From: Antedon mediterranea | Taxonomy: Eukaryota > Animalia > Echinodermata | DNA length: 64,000 nucleotides | Direction: 5' to 3' | Assembly (NCBI RefSeq): GCF_964355755.1 | Contig: NC_092675.1 | Span: 28,926,912 to 28,990,911, forward strand | Made by a program: the position numbers and the translations under genes | The notes under the pieces: generated by a model | Told to the model about the DNA's origin: nothing | What the model saw: only the letters and a program-made list of their open reading frames with translations | The model's database searches: none | Part shown: positions 10,568-22,919 of the stretch, in pieces | Numbering within the stretch: the stretch's first letter is position 1 | Layout: each line of letters starts with the position of its first letter

Positions 10568-12631
10568 ATGAACAGGAATCCTGGACTAGATACAATGTTG
10601 TTTCAATGCTTTTCAACAAGACAACTTGGAATATTATTTATGGTTACTTGCTGTTTGCATGTTATTTCACCTGAGCAAACACACCCACCATTTGTATTTG
10701 TGGGAAATAAAACAATAAGCATAAGTATGCCTACTGAAGACAAAACTTATTTTGCTGACCAAGAACTTTCTTTCACTTGTAAATTTGAATGGTTTCAAAC
10801 ACGTATCAACCAAATAGACATACAGCTTTCACAAAATGGTTCTTTTTTACCTAAAGATTCAGTTAAGATTGTTAAAGGTTTCTCAAATGGGGATTACAGT
10901 ATACAGGATTTTACAGTAATAATTTTAAATCTCACAAAGTTCCACACAGGATCATACAAATGTGTCTATGATAATGGTATGTACAAATCTGAGCAAGAAA
11001 AAACAATTACAGTTTGGCCAATTCCAGTGGATCCTAAATGTACATCTTTGCAGCCATTTTATTTTGAAGGACAAGAAGTTAGCATCAAATGTGAAGCTAT
11101 TGCTACATATCCAGACATTACATTAAAATGGAACTCTGGAAATTCCACTGCTAAAAATCCTCATAACATAAAATTCATTGCTGAAAAAGACATGAATGGG
11201 CTTAAATATAAATGCTTAATGAATGTACCATCATGGAGATCAAGACCCTTTGTTTGTAAATTTTTAATTTTAGTAAAAAACATTGAGATTGTTGTTATAA
11301 ATAATAATGTTACATTAGGACAACCAGCAGCATTGCAATGCATCGTGGGTAACACCAATCAAGAACTCAACTATACTTGGACATTAGAATACAGTAAGTT
11401 AAAAAGAGGAATTCAACAAAATCCAAATTGTAAAAATATCAATGGTGGTAGCAGCAAAAATATGAACTGCAATGAGAAGATACTGAAGATTGAAAAAGTG
11501 ACAGCTGATATGAACAATGCTCTCATCACTTGTGAGGTACAAGGGTACAATGTTATTGGAAGAAACTCTAGTATACTTACTGTAAATGGACTTACTACTG
11601 TAGAACATACAAAAGATGCAGTAACTTCTATAGAACCTAGAGAGACTAGAAGAGAACTAACTACACAAGAAAATACAAAAAGTAAGGAGAACAGTGACAA
11701 TGAGACTTACAATGTTACCTATATATATATCACTGTTGCTATTTTTGGATCTCTTTTGTTTTTCATATTCCTAATCTATATTGTGAGAATATGCTTCCAG
11801 TGTTTCACAAAGTCTTCAAATCAAAGCAGTGATGTTGGTACAATACAAGCTATTGTAAGCTATGATAATGACTCTTACAGAACAGTACCATTGGTGGTTC
11901 GTGCAGCATCAAAATCCAAACTCCATCATACATCACAGCAATTATTAACAGACAACCAGATGAGCTCTGCTTCGAGTGTGATCTCATTACCAGATGAAAG
12001 ACAATGTCAACGCATGAAACAAACATGGATATCGACACGTCACCTAACACCAGTACATTCAACCACTACATTTGGATCTAGTGATGATGAATATAAACAC
12101 AGCATTGATGACATGTTGAATGACCCTATGTATGATGAGATAAATTCTAAAACATTGAAAAATCAGAGAGAAGATTTGAGAACAGAAGCAGACCAAGTTG
12201 AACCTACCTGGAGTGGTGCAAAGCACAGAGATGGCAACGGAGCTGATGGTGATGAACACAAGACAAACACTGAAGATCCATATCAAGAAATTAGGAACGA
12301 GTTTACAGCAAGAGACAAAAGACTCACATCAGAAGGAAATGCTTTGAATACTTATGAGAAAATATCAGAATTGGAAGCTGGTTTTAATTCTGAAGAGGTG
12401 CATGAAAATTCGTCTCAAGAAAAATGCCTTAATAAACAAATAAAAGAAGAGTTTGGAAAAACACAAACAAAATCAAACAGCAGTGAAACAGAACATATCT
12501 ACTCTCAAGTTAACAAAAAGATGAAAAACAAAGTTTTAAAAGATCAATATCTGGAGATATATGCAGAGACTGTGGACGTTGTCAGGAGCGATGCAAGTGA
12601 ATCTGAAGACGAAACAGAAACAACCTGTTAA
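10568..12631 (+). CDS. g3: 3-Ig receptor, ectodomain type A + long tail L (intact, 687 aa)
   Basis: Ectodomain is nearly identical to g1. Stalk matches g2. TM IYITVAIFGSLLFFIFLIYIV. L tail carries YDEI, YQEI, YEKI, IYSQV and YLEIYAETV. Confidence 0.9.
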   Translation: MNRNPGLDTMLFQCFSTRQLGILFMVTCCLHVISPEQTHPPFVFVGNKTISISMPTEDKTYFADQELSFTCKFEWFQTRINQIDIQLSQNGSFLPKDSVKIVKGFSNGDYSIQDFTVIILNLTKFHTGSYKCVYDNGMYKSEQEKTITVWPIPVDPKCTSLQPFYFEGQEVSIKCEAIATYPDITLKWNSGNSTAKNPHNIKFIAEKDMNGLKYKCLMNVPSWRSRPFVCKFLILVKNIEIVVINNNVTLGQPAALQCIVGNTNQELNYTWTLEYSKLKRGIQQNPNCKNINGGSSKNMNCNEKILKIEKVTADMNNALITCEVQGYNVIGRNSSILTVNGLTTVEHTKDAVTSIEPRETRRELTTQENTKSKENSDNETYNVTYIYITVAIFGSLLFFIFLIYIVRICFQCFTKSSNQSSDVGTIQAIVSYDNDSYRTVPLVVRAASKSKLHHTSQQLLTDNQMSSASSVISLPDERQCQRMKQTWISTRHLTPVHSTTTFGSSDDEYKHSIDDMLNDPMYDEINSKTLKNQREDLRTEADQVEPTWSGAKHRDGNGADGDEHKTNTEDPYQEIRNEFTARDKRLTSEGNALNTYEKISELEAGFNSEEVHENSSQEKCLNKQIKEEFGKTQTKSNSSETEHIYSQVNKKMKNKVLKDQYLEIYAETVDVVRSDASESEDETETTC

Positions 12632-13383
12632 TGGAAGACTACTACAACTACAGTATACAAGGTAATTTGCGATACACGTTTTATTTTTAATGTTATCTAT
12701 TTTACTCAACTAAAGTAATCAGAGATGTTTTTATAACTACCATGTTTTCTGAAAATCAAATTGGTACTAAGCTGCGAATTGTCAACTAATTTGTCTGCTC
12801 CCAAACAGTCACCAAAAAGTACCGATAAAGAAGACTGTTTTAGATGATGGTGACTATGAATGGATGAATGGTTCAGTGTAGGAATGCTAGTTAACCATAC
12901 TAACAGTACCATCTTGATTTTTGGATCAGCTGACAAAACTATCATTTAGTTATAATAATAATAATATTTATTCAGCATGTTATATAAAGTACAATCTTCC
13001 AGGAGCAAGCAATAGGCATATGCCTGAACATAATTAACTACTCTTGTTCCAACAAATACAAATAGAACCGCAACAAAACTTAATTTATTTGAACATTTGT
13101 ATTAGAGGGCAGTATAAAGTTTTCTCATAATATACAATAATATGAAATTACTAACTTTCCATAAATTAAATGAAAACCGAAACCAAATCAAAAACTACAA
13201 CATACCTAATATAAATGCTTCATTTACAAACTGAAATGATTGGCTAGAAATTTCTCATCATGAATAATATTTCTTTATACAGTCTTACACAACTTCATAT
13301 TTAGCTATTGTACTGTACGATGGTCTACTGTAAGCAGTGTAGAATAAATCAATCATTTGACCGGAATTCTAGGATTAAATACA

Positions 13384-14974
13384 ATGTTTTTACATTTACC
13401 AACTTTAATACTTGGAATATTATTCATTTTTGGTTCCCATATTGGCTCATCGCAAATAGACAAAACAGAATCTCCAACAGTAAGCATAAGTATAGAAGAT
13501 AAAACATATTTTGTTTCTCAAGAACTTATTATTTTTTGTAAATTTGACTTTTTTCAAACACATCTTGAGCAGCAAGATTTAATACTTACAAACAATGGAT
13601 CAATTCTGACACAGGATTCATTCAATATTGAAGACATTTCTGGAAGCAAACAGGAATTTAAAATAACAATTTCAGATCTTACGGAGTCCCACACAGGATC
13701 ATACAAATGTGGCAACATTTTAAATGAACAGACTAATCAACAAATGGTCAAAGTTTGGCCAATTCCAGAGGACCCTAGGTGCACAGCATCCCCAGAGTTT
13801 TATCTTGAAGGACAAAACTTGACCTTAACATGTGAAACCAATGCTATATATCCGAATTTAATGAACAACCCCAACATGAAAATCTACAAATCCAAAAAGT
13901 CATTGCCACAAAGGAAAACAATGGTTCAAAACAGACATGTATATTGGATGTACTATCATGGAGTACAGTGAAACTTTGTAAAATTGAAATTTCAATCAAA
14001 CAGATAATTATTGTTGGCAATATTGTTGCATTAGGACGACCTGCAACGTTGCAATGCATTGTGAATGATGTCATCCCAGGTCTCACCTATACTTGGACAT
14101 CTGAATCTAGCAGTTTTTATCAAAACAGAAATAAAACTTATGATTACACTAATAATATCAGCAACAGCACAAACTGGCAAACATTAGGCAATGAGAATAC
14201 ACTGAACATTGAGAAAGTGACAGCTGATATGAACAATGCTGTTATCACTTGTGAAGTAGAAAGGTACAATGTTATTGGAAGAAACTCTAGTATACTTACT
14301 GTAAATGGACTACCTACTGTAGAACCTACTATAGATACAATAACTACTACAGACACTACAACAGAAAAATTATGACTACAAACGAAAAACATACTGGAAG
14401 AGAACTAACTACACAAGAAAATACAAAAATTAAGAAGAACAGTGACAATGAGAATTACAATGACAGCAACAACAATGTTACTTATATATATGTAATTGTT
14501 GCTTTTTTTGGATCTCTGATGTTATTGATATTTCAAATCTACATTCTGGTAATTTGCTTCCATCGCTTCAAGGCATCAAATCAAAGTGTTCCTCAAGTTG
14601 GCACAACTCCACCTACTATCAGCTATGTCAATGACTCTTACAGAGCAGTGCCATTTTCCATCAGTACACCATCTACATCAAACAATACACAATCTCATGG
14701 AGATATTATTTTCCATAATCTCAATAAAGAAGAGAATGCTGAATTCCATATTTATCAGGACATCAACACAACTTCTGATGACATCACAGATAACTACCTA
14801 ATTCCTTTGACAATAGTTAAACAATTTGATCACAGCTCTAATTGTGAACAAAATGTAAAAGATATGAAACATGAAGCTTGTGAAGGAAAGGTAAAGTCAA
14901 CAAGCAATCTGGAAGTTGAAAACACAGATGAAAATGTTGATTTACACACTTATTATAACATCAGTAAGTTTTGA
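13384..14974 (+). pseudogene. g4: Ig receptor pseudogene, ectodomain type B + tail S2
   Basis: ATG at 13384. A ~16-bp deletion near 13860 and a 1-bp deletion near 14368 split the gene into ORFs 13357-13971, 13944-14375 and 14372-14974, which are collinear with g10 and g2. Confidence 0.85.
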
Positions 14975-15542
14975 TAAATGTCACTGATGATGACTCTTAT
15001 CTATAGAACCATAGTCTGAATATAATAGAACATAAATATATACTGTATTGAACTTGAAGAACACTCTTGTAAAGTAAAGATTCAGGGACAAGCCCATCTA
15101 TTCTCAAAAGATAAGGAGGACACCCATCCCCATAGATTCCTCTTCCAGGACGGTGGTCAATGCACCCAGTGGTCAAGGCAGCCAGAACTCAGATCATTTT
15201 GGGCACATTCCTAAAGATCCTGAGATGACAGGCCCTTTTTTGAGTAATTTATAAAATGTAAATATTTTGGATAGATTAAATATATCATTAGCACATAATA
15301 AATAAAATGTTTACTTTTTTTCTTATGATGTGTAATAATCAGGAACTGCTTATTTGTGAAAAAAGATTGTATAAACATTTCATGTAAATTAAAAATAAAA
15401 ACTAAAACTGTAGCAGTCACTGGTATCTTTAAATTGTTTTGTTTCCTTCTTTTGCATGTTGATGTTTCTAAAACAAATAAAACTGAAAGTGAAATAAAGT
15501 GTATACATCTGACGACAAAGTTTTAGACTACCATTTGTTTAA

Positions 15543-16163
15543 AGCCCCATTCCCTACGTTTTTTAGATCTAATTTAAGATCACAAACTATATTTAATGTA
15601 AAAATAATACTATATGGTCCTATTGCGATAACTTTTTTTGTCTTTAAACGGTTAAAAATGTGAAAAATAAATCGATTCTAATAATTATAGCGGCCCGCTA
15701 TAAATCCCAAAATGCATTGCGCGCGGATTGATATTTTTGTTTTTCACCTGTAATTCGCCCACTTTTCGATCGATCGTGAAGCCAAAACAAATGGAAGACT
15801 CCTAACTTTTCAGCGAAAATACCGGGTTTTCCCCAATTTGTATCAACGGAGTCTGGCAAAAATAGAAAGATAATTAATGCAGCAACTATACAACGTCAGG
15901 CTAGGTATATAGCTAGTGTACGACGTTCGTACGTTATCGATGTTTACCAGCTAGGCCTACAAAACTAAGCCTAGCTAGGCTAGGCCTAAGACCGTCCACG
16001 AGAGGTCGATCGCCGCGAGCTACTTAGGTAGTGCATTGTTTCTCACTTTTTATCATAATTTACCATAAAACGTACATTTAAGACAAGGAATGACATGGTT
16101 TAATGTTTTTAAAGTGATATATATGTATTATTTTCCAAAAAACGTCCAAAATTGAAGGGGTCT
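15543..16163. mobile_element. Kolobok-like non-autonomous DNA transposon
   Basis: Flanked by TTAA at 15539-15542 and 16164-16167, with AG...CT termini. The paralogous empty site TTGT-TTAA-ACTATTGC is at ~8975-8990, after g2. The left end AGCCCCATTCCCTAC is the reverse complement of the ends of related fragments at ~19977-19991 and ~30890-30904. A TTAA TSD with purine termini is typical of Kolobok. Confidence 0.75.
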
Positions 16164-16840
16164 TTAAACTATTGCTTATATCTAATACATTTCTAATTTC
16201 TATTACTAGAAGAAAAAAAAGAAAACTAATATTGGTTTGCAAAATGTTTATAAAAAAAATTAAATTAAAGTATATATTTGCATAAGTGAAATAATGAATT
16301 GGCATCATATTTTTCACCTTTGACACGTCTGACATACCCAAGTTTACTATTATAAATACCAATATCTGTACATTTTTAAATAGCACTTTAGCATAGCATT
16401 TTCAATATATTATAGCACCCTCTATAGTTTGGACATGATTTTGTAAAACCTCCTGATATTTCATTTTTCCAAGTTGGGAGGTCTGACTCACAGGAACAAG
16501 TCACATAATTTAGCCTAGCAACAAATTTGTATAAAGGGTCAATCAAATATTCTAATATACTAAATTTGCATCATCATCTGGGACAATGAAAAAGGACAAT
16601 ATTTCATAGGATTTCCAACTTTAAAAGAAGTTCTTGTTGACTATACTGTTACTGTCTTGTCATAATGATAAACCTACACCGTGCAATTTATAAAGATGGG
16701 ACAATAGATGAAGTGCACACAAAACAGTTTCAATGGGAAATAAATGCATTTAAAGCATTAACATTCACAATTTGAACAGAGTATAACAATTATAAAATAA
16801 TGAATAATTACCAGATGTAGAAACTTGACTAAAAGCGCAA

Positions 16841-16895
16841 GATTGATTGGCTGAGAATAAACCAATTACAATCAAGTGCTTGTAGCTATATACAG
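16841..16895 (+). promoter_or_regulatory. Putative promoter module: inverted CCAAT pair (GATTGGCT...CCAAT) plus TATA-like GCTATATAC
   Basis: The GATTGGCT box recurs ~150-380 bp upstream of the ATG of g2 (~6615), g4 (~13237), g5, g6 (~20972), g7 (~24784), g8 (~27873), g9 (~32129), g10 (~35111), g11 (~39177) and g12 (~43142). The paired CCAAT is degenerate in type B copies. Function is inferred. Confidence 0.55.
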
Positions 16896-17223
16896 CGCAA
16901 CAAGTACAGTCACACCTACAGTAGCACCTTACTGTAAGACTCGGATTCAGAAGATTTTTGTGATAATGCAGTAAAAGGAGTTGTACTACTTGTCGTAGTT
17001 ATTTATACTAGAACTGGAATATACATTTAAGTTGCATTTTGATTGTTTATTTTGATTGCTTTTAACTTTATTTCTACATTTGAATGTCATTCCTAATTTA
17101 AATGAACTGTATGCAGCAAGAAAAACAAGGAATATTGGAAACTGCAGGACTAAAGAGAAACAGAGACAGGTGAAAAATATAGTACAGTACATTTTATAGA
17201 AGGCATACATCCATGTTGATGCA

Positions 17224-18777
17224 ATGTTGTCATCAAAGTCAGTTTTAGTGAACTTGTTGATACTATTTACAACTTGCTGTTATTGCCAAGATTCCTATAG
17301 ATATGCACAACCAATGCCTGAACAAAGTGTTGACATTTTCATACCAAAAGGAACATACTTTGTTGGTAACAATTTAACTATTTCTTGTGAATATAAATAC
17401 ATTGAAGACTTCCATAAGAAACAAATTGCACTTTTACACGATAGTAAAATTATTGAAATACACTTTTTTGACTATAAAAAAACTTAAGATATTTTCACCA
17501 GAATATATGAATTGAGAAATATTTTAAACAATAACTCTGGATCATACAAGTGTGCATATAATACTAGCGACAAGTTTATTTTATTATCTGAAGAAAAATG
17601 TCTTCAAGTTTGGTCAAAACCTGAGAACCCTAAATGCAAAGTTTCTCCAGAATTCTATTTTGAGGGACAAGAAGTGACATTAATATGTGAAACCAGTGGT
17701 ACATATCCAGAATTTTCCTTAAAATGGGGACTTGATCAACCCACTTCAAAAAATCAAGTTACAAAAATCGTAATTGCGATGAAAGATATTAATGGTTCTG
17801 AATATAAATGTATCTTGAATGTACAGAATTCAGTTAAACAGTGTCAAATCATAATTAAAATACATAATGTACACATTTTTGGTAATAATGTTACATTTGG
17901 TCAACCAGCAATTTTTAAATGCATTGTGTCTGATAATACAAATAATACCATTCCAGAACTCAACTATACATGGACATCAGAATCTAAAGGTTTAAAGAGA
18001 TTAATTGAAATGGAAAAAAGAAATACAAGTTGTAAGAATATCAACGGTAACAACACAGATTGCCAAACATTTGGAGAAGACAAGATTCTAAACATTAAGA
18101 AAGTGACAACTGATATGAACAATGCTGTTATCACTTGTGAGGTACAAGGGTATAATGTTATTGGAAGAACCTCTAGTATACTTACAGTACATGGACTACC
18201 TACTGTAGAACCTACAACAGAAACAATAACTACTACAGAACCTACAAGAGATAGAGCTACGACAGAAAAAGATAAGCACACTAGAAGAGAACTAACTACA
18301 CAAGAAAATACAAAAAGTAGAGAGAACAGTGACAATGAGACTTACAATGACAGCAACAACAATTTTACTTATATATATATCATTGTTGCTATTTTTGGAT
18401 CTCTGATGTTATTGATATTTCAAATATACATTCTGGTAATTTGCTTCCATCGATTTAAGGCATCAAATCAAAGTGTTCCTCAGGTTGGCACAACTCCACC
18501 TACTATCAGCTATGTCAATGACTCTTACAGAGCAGTACCATTGTCCACCAGTTCACCATCTACATCAGACAATACACAATCTCATGGTGACATTATTTTC
18601 CATAATCTCAAGAAAGAAGAGAATGCTGAATTCCATATTTATCAGGACATCAACACAACTTCTGATGCCATCACAGATGAATACCTTATTCCTTTGACAA
18701 TTGTTAAACAACATGATCACAGTTGGAATTGTGAAGAAATTATAAATGATATTAAATACAAGGAAACAAGCCTATGA
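17224..18777 (+). pseudogene. g5: Ig receptor, ectodomain type C + tail S2, with an in-frame nonsense codon in Ig domain 1
   Basis: ORFs 17224-17487 and 17512-18777 are in the same frame, separated by TAA at 17485-17487 where paralogs have AAA. A +1 frameshift near 18765 cuts off the distal tail, whose remnant runs to SLYLEIIE* at ~19035. Confidence 0.82.
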
Positions 18778-19818
18778 AGAAATGGTTAAGGCAACAAACA
18801 ATTTGGAAGTTGACACAATTGATGACAGTGTTAATTTACACACTTATCATGACACAAGCACAACTTTTGGTGATGTCACTGATGGATACACCATAACTCC
18901 TGAAAATTTGGCAGAGCAGGTTAAAAAAGATGCAAACTCTAAACATACTGAAAGTGAAGAACACCCTGTAAAGCAATGGTAGATCCCATTAAAAAATAAT
19001 ATGACCAGTTCTCTTTATCTAGAGATTATTGAGTAATGTTTATATAACATTTACACTATTAGGATAGGCTAAAAATTATATCAAATTTTAAACTCATTTA
19101 ATCATTGTTTTTCAAAGGTATTTCCTAAACCTTCTGAAGTTTATTGTGAGTGATAATACCAATACTAAAACAAACTAACAACTATTATTTTTAAGGATTA
19201 CAGATTAAATTCTACGAATATTTTTTAGTTCAGATTTTAATCTGAGCTCCATCTTCTATTTCCTTCTTATATAATGATTATGAAAAAGTAAATTGTCAAG
19301 AATTTTAAGGTAAAAACTAGATAATTTTTCTCATCAAACAACATTGAAAACTAAACTGTAACAATAACAAACATGCCTGTTAATTGTTTTCTTTTGTGTT
19401 GATATTAATTGTGAAACAAATAAAAGTGAAAGTGAATTAAACTTTATATCTGGAAAGAGTTTCAGTAGATCAGATGTTTCCAGTATTTTGTAAGCAAACA
19501 TTTAATAAAATTATGTACAAAATATTCTAAAGGTAAAATTTATACACTTAAATTGTGAATGGAATGTAAATCTGTATACACATATACAGGACACAGCAAG
19601 ACACATTGCTGCTTTAACTAAATAAATAAATTTGGAACCAATATATTTTGAATACTATAAGTGTATTTGTAATGCATACATGACAAATTGTCAAGAACAT
19701 AATTGTATCTATGATATTGCTGTACGCTTTTGTGTTTTTAATTATTCAATTAAAACAAATTTGTTTACTTGACAGATTTAAGCATAAGATTGATTGGCTG
19801 AAAACAAACCAATGACAC

Positions 19819-19991
19819 CTAGCTAGGCTAGACCTAAAGACCGTCCAGTACTTAGTGCATTGTTTCTCTCTTTTTATCATAATTTTCAATAAAACGTACA
19901 TTTAAAACAAAGGAATGACCAGGTTTAATGTTTTTAAAGTAATATTAATCATTCTGTTTACAAAACGTTCACATTTGTAGGGAATGGGGCT
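19819..19991. mobile_element. Right-end fragment of the Kolobok-like element (second fragment at ~30755-30904)
   Basis: Matches 15970-16163 and ends GTAGGGAATGGGGCT followed by TTAA. Confidence 0.65.
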
Positions 19992-21341
19992 TTAATTGAT
20001 TGAATACAATTGTATACAGAGGGCGCTAAATAATAATTGAATAGGCCTACTGATATGAAACTGATATTAAATAAAATCATTTTAAACTAATAATTAAACT
20101 GCCTATATCTGAAGCAAATGTTGACTAAATATAATTGTTAATCTTTAATTTTAACTTTATTTTTAACATTACATTTTTATTTGCTTTACCTCTTATTTTT
20201 ATTTCTAAATAGTTTTTGCATCTGTATAAACATGGTGGTATAAATTACCTTTTCTGCAATTTCCTTCTGATATTTTGGATAAACGAAATAATATCTCGAT
20301 ATTTCTAATTTCTTTTTAAATTCTTTTTCTTTCTTTATAAATTACCAGAAGAAAAAAAAAGAAAATATTCTAATATTGTTTTGCAGAATGTTTATATTAA
20401 AATGAATGTATAGTTTAATAAGTGAAATAATGAGTTGGCATCGTATTTTCCCGCCCTTTGGCATGTCTGACATACCTATGTTTACTATTATAAATACCAA
20501 TACCTGCTTTTTTTAAATAGCACCCTCTATGGTTTGATGTGTTTTTCAAAATATTATAGCTCCTCTATAGTTTGGACATGATTTTGTAAAACCTCCTGGT
20601 ATTTCATTTTTCCAAGTTGGGAGGTCTGACTCACAGGAACAAGCCACATAATTTAGCCTAGTAAAAAAATGTTATTAGGGTCTATCAAATATTCTAATAT
20701 AATAATTTTGCATCATCATCTGGATAATTAAAACGGAAAATAGGATTTCCAACTTTAAAAGAAGTTATTGACTAATCCATTACTGTCTTGCCATAAATAC
20801 CTATACATACTTTATACAGTTTATAAAGATTTGACATTTAGATAAAGTGCACATAAAACAGTGTCAATAGGAAATAACTGCATTTAAAGCATAAAAAAAT
20901 TAACAAAAACAGAGTATAACAAAACAAACAAAAATTAATAGCAGAATGTAGAAACTTGACTAAAAGCACAAGATTGATTGGCTGAGAATAAACCAATTAC
21001 AATCAAGTGATTGTAGCTATATACAACGCAACAAGTACAGTGACACCCAGAATCTTACTGTAAGACTCGGACTCGGAAGATTTTTGTGATAATGCAGTAA
21101 AGGAGTTCTTGTCGTAGTTATTTATACTAAAACTGGAATATACATTAATTTGCATTTTGATTGTTTATTTTGATTGCTTTTAACTTTATTTCTATATTTG
21201 AATGTCGTTCCTAATTTAAATGAACTGTATGCAGCAAGAAAAACAAGGAATATTGGAAACTGCAGGACTAAAGAGAAACAGAGACAGGTGAAAAATATAG
21301 TACAGTACATTTTATAGAAGGCATACATCCATGTTGATGCA

Positions 21342-22919
21342 ATGTTGTCATCAAAGTCAGTTTTAGTGAACTTGTTGATACTATTTACAACTTGCTGTTA
21401 TTGCCAAGATTCCTATAGCTATGTACAACCACTGCCTGAACCAAGTGTTGAAATTTTCATTCCGGTAGGAACATACTTTGTTGGTAATAATTTAACTATT
21501 TCTTGTGAATATAAATACATTGAAGACTTCCATAAGAAGCACATTGCACTTTTACGCAATAGTAACATTATTGAGATACACTTTTTTGACTATAGAACAA
21601 ATAAAGACATTTTTAAAAGAACATATGAATTGAGAAATCTTTTAAACAATAACTCTGGATCATACAAATGTGCATATAACACTAGCAACAAGTCTATTTT
21701 TCCATCTGAAGAAAAAGTTATTAAAGTTTGGTCAAAACCAGAGAATCCCAAATGCAAAGTTTCTCCACAATTCTATTTTGAAGGACAAGAAGTGACATTA
21801 ATATGTGAAACCAGTGGTACATATCCAGAATTTACCTTAAAATGGGGATTTGATGAACCAATTTCAAAAAATCAAGTTACAAAAAACGTAACTGCGATGA
21901 AAGATATTAATGGTTCTATACATCAATGTATCTTGAATGTACAGAATTCAGTTAAACAGTGTCAAACCATTATTAAAATACATAATGTACACATTTTTGG
22001 TAATAATGTTACATTTGGTCAACCAGCAATTTTGCAATGCATTGTGTCTGATACGAATAATACCATTCCAGAACTCAACTATACATGGACATCAGAATCT
22101 AAAAGTTTAAAGAGATTAATTGAAACAGAAAAAAGTAATACAAGTTGTAAGAATATCAACGGTAACAACACAGATTGCCAAACATTTGGAGAAGACAAGA
22201 TTTTAAACATTGAGAAAGTGACAGCTGATATGAACAATGCTGTTATCACTTGTGAGGTACAAGGGTACAATGTTATTGGAAGAAACTCAAGTATACTTAC
22301 TGTAAATGGACTACCTACTATAGAACCTACAACAGATACAACTATGATGGAGAAAGATAAGAACAATAGGAATGGAACTACACAAGAAAATACAAAAACT
22401 GAGGGTAGTAGAAATGACCCAGACACAGAATTCATTAAAACCATTGCTATAGTTTGTGGAAGTCTTTTACTGATATTTCTGATATACATTATGGTTATTT
22501 GCTTCCGTCGTTTGAAAATAACTTCAAATCAAGATATCCAAGTTGGTACAAGTATAACCTGTGACAATGACTCTTATAACACAGTGCCATTGCCTATAAG
22601 TGCACCATTAACATCAGACAATGCACAATCTCGCATTACTTGCCTTAAAGAAGATAATTCTGAATTTCATATTTATCAGGATATTAACATAAATGCTGAA
22701 GATGTCACAGATGATTACCTTATTCCTTTGAAAACATGTAACCAACATGATCAGAGCTCTAATTATGAAGAAAATATAAAATATATAAACCAGGAACAAG
22801 CCTGTGAAGGAATAACAAACAATTTTGAAGTTGACAACACAACGGGTGGCAGTGTTGATTTACACAGTTATCATGACATAAGCACAACTTTTGATGATGT
22901 CACTGATGGATACCTGTAA
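21342..22919 (+). CDS. g6: 3-Ig receptor, ectodomain type C + tail S1, C-terminally truncated (525 aa)
   Basis: Open ORF. TM and tail resemble g1. A short deletion after DGY creates the stop. The remnant of the DSLYL(D)IIE* end lies downstream at ~23008-23037. Confidence 0.85.
   Translation: MLSSKSVLVNLLILFTTCCYCQDSYSYVQPLPEPSVEIFIPVGTYFVGNNLTISCEYKYIEDFHKKHIALLRNSNIIEIHFFDYRTNKDIFKRTYELRNLLNNNSGSYKCAYNTSNKSIFPSEEKVIKVWSKPENPKCKVSPQFYFEGQEVTLICETSGTYPEFTLKWGFDEPISKNQVTKNVTAMKDINGSIHQCILNVQNSVKQCQTIIKIHNVHIFGNNVTFGQPAILQCIVSDTNNTIPELNYTWTSESKSLKRLIETEKSNTSCKNINGNNTDCQTFGEDKILNIEKVTADMNNAVITCEVQGYNVIGRNSSILTVNGLPTIEPTTDTTMMEKDKNNRNGTTQENTKTEGSRNDPDTEFIKTIAIVCGSLLLIFLIYIMVICFRRLKITSNQDIQVGTSITCDNDSYNTVPLPISAPLTSDNAQSRITCLKEDNSEFHIYQDININAEDVTDDYLIPLKTCNQHDQSSNYEENIKYINQEQACEGITNNFEVDNTTGGSVDLHSYHDISTTFDDVTDGYL

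Noticed and set aside
12100-12631. Canonical ITAM in the long tail
   Set aside because: The YxxI motifs are spaced much further apart than the 6-8 residues required, so activating versus inhibitory roles cannot be assigned from sequence.
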